Shown here piece by piece: positions 57,636 to 64,000 of a stretch of 64,000 nucleotides of DNA (position 1 is its first letter; the number at the start of each line of letters is the position of its first letter). Made by a program: the position numbers and the translations under genes. The notes beneath the pieces were generated by a model, which saw only the letters and a list, made by a program, of their open reading frames with translations, did no database searches and had not been told where the DNA came from. The DNA comes from Minisyncoccota bacterium. GTDB lineage: Bacteria > Patescibacteriota > Minisyncoccia > UBA6257 > GWB1-50-10. The DNA lies in NCBI GenBank assembly GCA_041917695.1, contig JAYRXE010000037.1, positions 130,155 to 194,154 of the forward strand, in the 5' to 3' direction.

Positions 57636-57977
57636 ATGAAAATCATTCGTAGCTTTTCCTGGGCGGTGCAGGGGGTTCGGGAGGCTCTTACCGAGCGAAA
57701 CTTCAAATTCCAGGTGTTTGCCGGATTTATCGTCATGGCTGGCGCGGCAATTTTCAATGTTCCCTTCATTGAACGGATTATCCTTCTTATGTGCATCATG
57801 CTCGTTTTAAGCGCCGAAATGGTGAATTCCTCAGTCGAACGGCTCACCAATTTCGTTTCTCCCGATCATCGGCGCGAAATAGCAGCGGTGAAGGATCTCA
57901 TGGCGGGGGCGGTGCTTCTTTTTGCGTTCGGTTCGGCAGTCATCGGATTTCTCATATTCACGAAGGCAATTTTCTAA
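57636..57977 (+). CDS. dgkA: Diacylglycerol kinase / undecaprenol kinase family (DgkA)
   Basis: ...RSFSWAVQGVREALTERNFKFQ..., three TM helices, and ...SAEMVNSSVER... (DAGK_prokar motif). Confidence 0.7.
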   Translation: MKIIRSFSWAVQGVREALTERNFKFQVFAGFIVMAGAAIFNVPFIERIILLMCIMLVLSAEMVNSSVERLTNFVSPDHRREIAAVKDLMAGAVLLFAFGSAVIGFLIFTKAIF

Positions 57978-58682
57978 ATGGAGCGGTTTGTTCAAAATCT
58001 TAAGGTTCGGCACATTGCCGTGTTCCTGATTTCGCTTTCCATGCTCTGCATGGTGGTGCTTTCCCTCTTGGTGCACTTCCATCCGGTTTCTACGTTCGAT
58101 TTGCATTTTACGCGCGAGATACAGGAAGGGCGGGGATTTGCTCTTTTGCCCGCAATGCAGTTCGTAAGCTTTTTCGGCGCCCCGCTCGTCGCCAGCGGAA
58201 CGGTGCTCCTTACCGCGTTCGCGTTCTATCTTTTAGAGCGCAGGCGGGAAGCTTTTTTCGTACTCGGCGCCTTTGTTGCCGACGGTCTTAACGCCCTTTT
58301 AAAGCTTTTCATCAACCGGCCCCGTCCGGGGAGCGACCTGATCGAGGTATACGAGACGCTTTCCAATCCCAGCTTCCCCAGTGGGCATGTCGTCCATTAC
58401 GTAGTCTTTTTTGGCTTTCTCTCGGTCCTCATGCTTGCCTCGCCCGAATTTCCCCGGGTTTTTCGGGCGTTTGTCATTGTTTTTTCCATTCTTCTTGTTT
58501 CGTTGGTTTCCGTTTCCCGCGTATATCTTGGCGTGCATTGGGTGACCGATACGATTGGGGGGTATCTCGTCGGTTTCATGCTTCTTTCCCTTCTCGTCGG
58601 GTTTTATTTCGGGAAACCCCGTCACTTGTTGCGGGGATTATCCGTTAAGAAAGGAGCGGACGAAGGGGAAAACATGATATAG
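57978..58682 (+). CDS. PAP2-family lipid phosphatase (undecaprenyl-diphosphatase-like)
   Basis: KLFINRPRP (KX6RP), SFPSGH (PSGH) and SRVYLGVHWVTD (SRX5HX3D). Confidence 0.7.
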   Translation: MERFVQNLKVRHIAVFLISLSMLCMVVLSLLVHFHPVSTFDLHFTREIQEGRGFALLPAMQFVSFFGAPLVASGTVLLTAFAFYLLERRREAFFVLGAFVADGLNALLKLFINRPRPGSDLIEVYETLSNPSFPSGHVVHYVVFFGFLSVLMLASPEFPRVFRAFVIVFSILLVSLVSVSRVYLGVHWVTDTIGGYLVGFMLLSLLVGFYFGKPRHLLRGLSVKKGADEGENMI

Positions 58683-58691
58683 TGGAAAGCG

Positions 58692-58970
58692 ATGAGTGAA
58701 GTCTTGAAGGCAAACGTATTCTTTTTCATCGCCTCAGTGGCGGCGGTTGTCTTTGCGATTGCCCTCGCCGTCGCGCTTTTCTACATTGCCCGGGCGGCCC
58801 GGGAACTCAGGTTGCTTATCGGCGACGCGCGCACAGCCTTCAGGAATTCCGAGGAGTTCATCGCCGACCTCGTCGACCGTTTTGAAAGCAATCGGCTCTT
58901 CAGTTTCTTCTTTCCAAAGCGGGTAACGCGGTCCAAACCGTCAGCAGAAACAAAACGTCGAAAACAATAA
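58692..58970 (+). CDS. Small membrane-anchored hypothetical protein
   Basis: One N-terminal TM helix followed by a charged helical tail. Confidence 0.3.
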   Translation: MSEVLKANVFFFIASVAAVVFAIALAVALFYIARAARELRLLIGDARTAFRNSEEFIADLVDRFESNRLFSFFFPKRVTRSKPSAETKRRKQ

Positions 58971-58986
58971 TCACTGATTACAACCT

Positions 58987-59385
58987 ATGGCACGTACGTC
59001 AAAAAACAATAATACCGTCGGCAAGGCAGTCGCGATCGGCGCAGGGGTTGCCGCAGTCGCGGCCGCAGCCTATTTTTTCCTGGGGCCTGACGGCAAACGG
59101 AACCAAAAGCGCCTCAAGAGTTGGATGGTCAAAATGAAAGGGGAGGTTCTGGAGAAACTTGAGAACGCGAAAGAGATTACCGAACCCATCTATGCGGGCA
59201 TCGTCGAAACCGTGGCGGGAAAATATATAAAAGCCGGAAAGATCAGCAAGGAAGAAATTAACGAATTGGCGCGGGAATTGAAGCGTCACTGGAAAACGAT
59301 TTCCCATTCGGTAAAAGGAGGAGCATCTCGTAGAGGAGCCCCCGCTAAGAAGAGAAGGGTCGCTACAAAGACGGGCAGGAAATAG
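58987..59385 (+). CDS. YtxH/DUF948-like membrane-anchored protein
   Basis: N-terminal AVAIGAGVAAVAAAAYFFLGPDGKRNQKRLKSWM, a coiled-coil region, and a basic tail. Confidence 0.4.
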   Translation: MARTSKNNNTVGKAVAIGAGVAAVAAAAYFFLGPDGKRNQKRLKSWMVKMKGEVLEKLENAKEITEPIYAGIVETVAGKYIKAGKISKEEINELARELKRHWKTISHSVKGGASRRGAPAKKRRVATKTGRK

Positions 59386-59391
59386 TCTCCT

Positions 59392-59544
59392 ATGCTTTAT
59401 ACCATCGCAGTCGTCCTTTTCATCTTGTGGCTTCTCGGTGTCGTCGGCATATATACCATTGGCTGGTTTATACACCTTCTCTTAGTTGCCGCCGTTATCG
59501 CCGTCCTTATCCGCGTGATTCGCGGGGAAAACCCCTTGAAATAA
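59392..59544 (+). CDS. lmo0937-family small membrane protein (50 aa)
   Basis: MLYTIAVVLFILWLLGVVGIYTIGWFIHLLLVAAVIAVLIRVIRG matches the lmo0937-family pattern (…LW LLG… HxLLVxAVIxxLxR). Below the ORF-track cutoff. Confidence 0.5.
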   Translation: MLYTIAVVLFILWLLGVVGIYTIGWFIHLLLVAAVIAVLIRVIRGENPLK

Positions 59545-59548
59545 ACCT

Positions 59549-59728
59549 ATGCGAAAAGGAAATACCAATACCGGCCTTCTCATCGCAATCCTCGTCGTCA
59601 TTGCGGTTGCGGCGGGCATTTGGGCTTATCGGCAATATGAGGCCGGGAAAGCGGATGACGATGGGGGATTGAACATCGAGCTCAATACGGGAGGTAACGA
59701 GCCTAACGATTCCAGAAATAATTACTAA
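59549..59728 (+). CDS. Possible 59-aa membrane peptide
   Basis: MRKGNTNTGLLIAILVVIAVAAGIWAYRQYEAGK... has one TM helix. Below the cutoff. Confidence 0.25.
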   Translation: MRKGNTNTGLLIAILVVIAVAAGIWAYRQYEAGKADDDGGLNIELNTGGNEPNDSRNNY

Positions 59729-59729
59729 C

Positions 59730-59760
59730 AAAAAACTCCGCATCATGCGGAGTTTTTTGT
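59730..59760. terminator. Bidirectional terminator between convergent genes
   Basis: AAAAA-ACTCCGC-ATCAT-GCGGAGT-TTTTT. Confidence 0.8.
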
Positions 59761-59776
59761 TTCCTATGAAAACCGA

Positions 59777-60277
59777 TTATTGCTCTGCCTGATTTTCCTC
59801 GGTGGTCGTCGTTGCCGGAGTCGTCGTTGCAGGTGTTATGGGCTGCTGAACCTGCTGTTGGGGGAGAAGGTTCGGGTTCGTGCGGAGAAGCTGGTAAAGC
59901 TGGCCCTCATTCTTCAAGCGTGTGTACCAGACCACTTCGTCCCGGTTCAGCCTCATGTAATCCTCGGGACCCCAGAAGATGTCCGTGAACTTCTGGATGC
60001 GGAGCGGGGTCTGCGGATCCTGGGTGACCTGGATGGTGTAGATGTTCTTCAGGCCGAAGTAGGGGAAGCGCACCATTTGGCCGAAGTAGATGTCTCCGGT
60101 GCGGAGATAGACGGCGTAGTAGCTGTCCTTTTTTACGAGCGACTGGATGGCGGCCAAAACGACCAAGACGACTGCGAGCGCGAGCACCACGCCCACCAAC
60201 ATTTTTTGTTTGTCCATAGGAGTGCGCGCGCCGTTTATTTTGCGCGCGGATGTTCTTCGTACGACTTTGTTCATGTA
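59777..60277 (-). CDS. Membrane-anchored hypothetical protein with a Thr/Pro-rich C-terminus (start uncertain: 60355, 60277 or 60217)
   Basis: TM helix MLVGVVLALAVVLVVLAAI, then ...YAVYLRTGDIYFGQMVRFPYFGLKNIYTIQ... and a C-terminal PATTTPATTTT. Confidence 0.4.
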   Translation of the reverse strand, partial: YMNKVVRRTSARKINGARTPMDKQKMLVGVVLALAVVLVVLAAIQSLVKKDSYYAVYLRTGDIYFGQMVRFPYFGLKNIYTIQVTQDPQTPLRIQKFTDIFWGPEDYMRLNRDEVVWYTRLKNEGQLYQLLRTNPNLLPQQQVQQPITPATTTPATTTTEENQAEQ

Positions 60278-60338
60278 AGTCAGTATAGCACATCGACAAG
60301 TCTCACGTGCGGGGGATTGTGGAAAATAAAAAAGGGCG

Positions 60339-60512
60339 TTACCGCCCTTCTTCAAATTTTGGAGCTTCTCTGAGATTGAATGCTTTGTACATCAATATTG
60401 CCACCGTTACGGATAATATTCCGACTAATATGCGAATAGACATATCGTAGCCGGTTCCGCAAGATGCAAATAAGATGCCAATGCCTGCTATTGTTGCGCA
60501 GAACTTTTCCAC
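60339..60512 (-). CDS. Possible 57-aa membrane peptide with strong SD (AGGAGG-N5-GTG)
   Basis: Reverse strand reads AGGAGGAAAAAGTG..., giving VEKFCATIAGIGILFASCGTGYDMSIRILVGILSVTVAILMYKAFNLREAPKFEEGR. It is followed on that strand by the terminator AAGGGCG-GTAA-CGCCCTT-TTTTATTTT. Confidence 0.3.
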   Translation of the reverse strand: MEKFCATIAGIGILFASCGTGYDMSIRILVGILSVTVAILMYKAFNLREAPKFEEGR

Positions 60513-60634
60513 TTTTTCCTCCTTTTGGAATTGTTAAGGATTTAATTGTAACCTATAATCTTTAATTTGTCAATAGCCTGCAATAAGCACAAAAAAAGAC
60601 GCTTTTGAAGCGCCCTTTTCGACCCTCAACCGAA

Positions 60635-63600
60635 TCAAAGTTCCCGGACGGCGTTACAGATGATTTTCGCCTCACCCTCCTTCGACGTGAGCTTTCCGCC
60701 AGCGAGAACGACCTTGTTTTCCTGCAGAGCGCCTTCGAAGCGGCGCAGGGTATCGGCGAAGACGAGCATCTCGATTTTGTCATTCATGTCCTCGATCGTC
60801 ACGAAGAGCATCGGGTCGCCTTTCTTCGTGAAAACCTTCTGCACGCTCGAGATGATGCCCGCGATCTTCACGTTTGACGACGTGGAGCGCGACGGATGGT
60901 CTATATCCGCCCGAAGGTTTTTGATGGGGAGAATGGAACCGCCGATACGCTCCGCATACGGGCGGAAAGGATGGTCTGAAATATAGAGTCCCAGGAGCTC
61001 CTTTTCCCAGAGAAGCATGTGGCGCTTGTGCACCGGTTCGGCGGGACGCATGCGAAGCGAGGTGAGTTCGACGCCTCCGCCGCCCGAAAAAAGGCTGGAC
61101 TGGCCGCTCGCGGCGTTTTTGCGGGCGTGCTGGTTGTAGCGGAGGAGTTCCTCCATGTTTTGTAGCGCCTGGCCGCGTTCCACGCCGAGGGAGTCGAAGA
61201 CGCCGGCCTTCACGAGGCTTTCGAGGGATTTTTTATTGAGGTCGCGGTGCTGGATGCGGGAAAGGAAATCGGACAGGGATTGGAACGCCCCGCCGCGTCC
61301 GCGTTCTTCGATGATGACATGGACGATGGTTTCGCCGACGTTCTTGATGGCCGAGAGGCCGAAGCGGATATTCTGCCCTTCGGCGGTGAAGTCCTCGAAA
61401 CTTTCGTTCACATCCGGCGGAAGCGTCTTGATATTCAAATGTTTCCCTTCGTTCACGAGGAAGTTCACGCGGTCGGTGTCCGTTCCCGACACATTCAGGA
61501 GCGACGTCATGAATTCAACGGGATAGTGGGCCTTGAGGTACGCGGTCTGGTAGCTGATCATCGCATAACACGCCGCGTGGGAGCGGTTGAAACCGTAGCG
61601 GGCGAACGGCGGGAAAAGTTCCCAGATGGCTTTCGCGCTCCGTTCGTCGATGCCGTTTGCAATCATGCCCTTGATGAGCTTTTCCTGCTGTTCGTCGAGC
61701 ATGTGCTTGATTTTCTTCCCGATGGCTTTCCGGAGCGTGTCGGCTTCGGCGAGGGTGTAACCGGCGAGATCCCGCGCGATGCGCATCATCTGCTCCTGGT
61801 AGATGCCGATGCCGTAGGTGTTTTTCAGTATCGGTTCGAGACGGGGATGGATGTAGGGAATCGGCTTTTTCGACGCCCGCTGGGAAATATACTGCGGAAT
61901 CAGTTCCATCGGTCCCGGGCGGTAGAGGGAAATCATGGCGATAATATCCTCGAGGTCTTTCGGTTTGAGTTTCTTCAAGTACGTACGCATGCCGGAAGAT
62001 TCCAGCTGGAAGATGCCCGTCGTGTCCGCTTTTTGGAAAACCTTGAACGTTTCCGGGTCGTCGAGGGGGAGCGCATCGATGTCGATGTCGACTCCGTGGA
62101 GCTGTTTTACGAGTTTCAGCGTGCGCTCGATGATGGTTAGGTTCTTGAGTCCCAAGAAGTCCATCTTCAAAATGCCGATGGAGGTGATGCTTTTCATTTC
62201 GAACTGCGTGATGACGGCGTCCTCGCCCTGGGGGGCGCGTTGGAGCGGGACGGCTTCATCGAGCGGATCGGTTGCAATAACAACGCCGCAGGCGTGCACC
62301 GACGCGTGGCGCGCCGTGCCCTCGAGCTTCAGCGCGGCATCGAGCAGTTTCTTGGCGTCCGGATTCGTGTCGTACATCTTCTTCAGGTCGGGAATGTCGC
62401 GGAGGCAGATCTCAAGCCAGCCCGCCTTCATGCCCTGGGTCGGGTTGAAAGGAATAAGTTTCGCGACCGTATCGCAGAAGGCGTAGGAGAGCCCCAGGGC
62501 ACGCCCTGCATCGCGGATGGCGGCGCGGGCTGCCATCGTTCCGAAGGTGATGATTTGCGCGACGTGCGTTTCGCCGTATTTTTCGCGGACGTACGCCAAT
62601 ACCTCGTCGCGCCGGATGTCGGTGAAGTCGATGTCGATATCGGGCGCCTCGATGCGGTCGGGATTCAGGAAGCGCTCGAAAAGAAGATCGTACTTCAACG
62701 GGTCGATGTTCGTGATACCCAATATATAGGACAGAATGCTGCCCGCGGCGGAACCGCGACCCGGGCCGACGACGATGCCGTGGTCCTTCGCCCACCGGAT
62801 GAAGTCGGCGACGATGAGGAAGTAATCCGCAAACCCCGTCTTTTCGACGACGCCGAGTTCGTATTTCACGCGTTCTTCAAGCGCGGGAGTCTTTTCGGGA
62901 TAGCGGGACGGAAGCCGCTCCCACACGAGCCGTTCCATATAGGCGAAGGGAGACGTCTCTCCCGGGGGAAGTGAGAAACGGGGGATCTTCGTATCGTGGA
63001 GCTTGAGTTCAAGGGAGCATTTTTCGGCGATGCGTCCGCTTTCCTCGACCGCTTCGGGCAAATCGGGGAAGAAGCTCAGCATTTCCTCCTGGGTGGAGAA
63101 GGAGATGTCGTATTTCTTGAGCGTCAGCCGGTCTTCGTCGTCGAGCTTTGAAGACGTCTGCACGGCAAGAAGAATTTCGTGCGCCGTCTTGTCGTCTTTC
63201 GACACATAATGGATGTCTTGCGTCGCGACGAGCGGAATGGAAAGTTTTTTTGCGAGCGCGACGAGCGGTTCCCGTATGGACGACATGTGCTGCTGTATCT
63301 CGATATAGTAATCTTCGCCGAAAAGGCCGCGATACCATTTCGCCGTTTCTTCCGCGCCCGCGACATTTCCGCGCGCAAGCTGGCGCGCCACTTCGCCCGA
63401 AAAGCAGCCGGACAGGCAAATCAATCCTTCCGCGTGCGAGGCGAGAATCTCGCGGTCGATGCGCGGCTTATAGTAGAAGCCTTCCAAATTTGAAATCGTG
63501 ACGAGCTTCAGCAAATTTTTCCAACCCGCCATATTCTTGGCGAGCAAGGTGATATGAAAGCGCGTCGAATCGAGGCCGGCTTCCTTGTCGAGCCGCGAAC

Positions 63601-63826
63601 GCGGCGCCATGTACGCTTCGACGCCAAGGATGGGTTTCACGCCCGCCTTCTTCGCTTTTTCGTAGAACTCGATGGCGCCGTACAAATTGCCGTGGTCGGT
63701 AAGCGCCAATGCCGGCATCCCGAGTTCTTTCGCGCGCGCCACCAACCCGTCTATCTTTGCGAGTCCGTCGAGCAACGAATAATGCGAATGGACATGGAGA
63801 TGGACGAATTTGCTGGTATCGGGCAT
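60635..63826 (-). CDS. dnaE: DNA polymerase III alpha subunit
   Basis: PHP domain FVHLHVHSHYSLLDG...ALALTDHGNLYGAIEFY, the polymerase core, and an OB-fold. The start MPDTSKFVHL at 63826 is preferred over the longer track ORF. Confidence 0.9.
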   Translation of the reverse strand: MPDTSKFVHLHVHSHYSLLDGLAKIDGLVARAKELGMPALALTDHGNLYGAIEFYEKAKKAGVKPILGVEAYMAPRSRLDKEAGLDSTRFHITLLAKNMAGWKNLLKLVTISNLEGFYYKPRIDREILASHAEGLICLSGCFSGEVARQLARGNVAGAEETAKWYRGLFGEDYYIEIQQHMSSIREPLVALAKKLSIPLVATQDIHYVSKDDKTAHEILLAVQTSSKLDDEDRLTLKKYDISFSTQEEMLSFFPDLPEAVEESGRIAEKCSLELKLHDTKIPRFSLPPGETSPFAYMERLVWERLPSRYPEKTPALEERVKYELGVVEKTGFADYFLIVADFIRWAKDHGIVVGPGRGSAAGSILSYILGITNIDPLKYDLLFERFLNPDRIEAPDIDIDFTDIRRDEVLAYVREKYGETHVAQIITFGTMAARAAIRDAGRALGLSYAFCDTVAKLIPFNPTQGMKAGWLEICLRDIPDLKKMYDTNPDAKKLLDAALKLEGTARHASVHACGVVIATDPLDEAVPLQRAPQGEDAVITQFEMKSITSIGILKMDFLGLKNLTIIERTLKLVKQLHGVDIDIDALPLDDPETFKVFQKADTTGIFQLESSGMRTYLKKLKPKDLEDIIAMISLYRPGPMELIPQYISQRASKKPIPYIHPRLEPILKNTYGIGIYQEQMMRIARDLAGYTLAEADTLRKAIGKKIKHMLDEQQEKLIKGMIANGIDERSAKAIWELFPPFARYGFNRSHAACYAMISYQTAYLKAHYPVEFMTSLLNVSGTDTDRVNFLVNEGKHLNIKTLPPDVNESFEDFTAEGQNIRFGLSAIKNVGETIVHVIIEERGRGGAFQSLSDFLSRIQHRDLNKKSLESLVKAGVFDSLGVERGQALQNMEELLRYNQHARKNAASGQSSLFSGGGGVELTSLRMRPAEPVHKRHMLLWEKELLGLYISDHPFRPYAERIGGSILPIKNLRADIDHPSRSTSSNVKIAGIISSVQKVFTKKGDPMLFVTIEDMNDKIEMLVFADTLRRFEGALQENKVVLAGGKLTSKEGEAKIICNAVREL

Positions 63827-63950
63827 GAGTGTGTTTGAGATACCATTCATTTTAAAGCGGAACGGGGGAGGCGCAATATTGCGCTTCACGCGAAATTATT
63901 TCAGAACTGTGCGATTGGGGTTTTTCATGCGAAAATGAGTCATTCGCAGG

Positions 63951-64000
63951 ATGAAAAGCCTCATTATAGGCGTCGATGAAGTGGGACGGGGGCCGTTGGC
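63951..64000 (+). CDS. rnhB: Ribonuclease HII (first 16 codons only; continues past window end)
   Basis: MKSLIIGVDEVGRGPL matches the RNase HII N-terminus (M..IAGVDEAGRGPL). Confidence 0.55.
   Translation, partial: MKSLIIGVDEVGRGPL

Overview
This is a 64-kb bacterial chromosomal window, roughly 55-60% GC by eye, and it is overwhelmingly core housekeeping. One unlinked 16S rRNA gene is flanked by rplY/rpmE. RNase P RNA (rnpB) and two tRNAs are present. The IF1-L36-S13-S11-S4-rpoA-L17-L13-S9 ribosomal cluster, rplJ-rplL, the hrcA-grpE-dnaK-dnaJ operon, mreB/mreC/mreD/PBP2, lysS, serS, proS, pgk, frr, rseP, greA, dnaE and the start of rnhB are all recognisable. Accessory content includes a complete type IV pilus module with two tandem prepilin-LamG fusion proteins and a fourth pilin elsewhere. 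There is a TraD/VirD4-like ATPase. A membrane-glycosylation toolkit comprises two GT39/PMT-like GT-C enzymes, GtrA plus a GT2, a eukaryotic-type phosphomannomutase and a GalT-like HIT enzyme. Several proteins look domain-reduced (rpoA without alpha-CTD, trigger factor without PPIase, ProRS without editing domain). The 16S 3' end lacks CCUCC, and most native genes have no Shine-Dalgarno sequence; -10 boxes often sit 6-12 nt from start codons. This fits a reduced-genome lineage such as Patescibacteria/CPR, which is inference only.

The most unusual content is a set of short low-GC islets. Two of them (32.1-32.9 kb and 45.9-47.0 kb) share a near-identical module: a canonical sigma70 promoter, a TCCTGA-N4-TCAGGA palindrome at the predicted transcript 5' end, and a strong SD. 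They encode unknown proteins with a shared repeated motif. A third islet (55.5-56.6 kb) sits next to a tRNA-Gln whose 3' end is duplicated as a 15-nt direct repeat, like an integration scar. No CRISPR array, transposase or integrase was seen. All coordinates and calls come from reading the sequence by eye; no searches were run.
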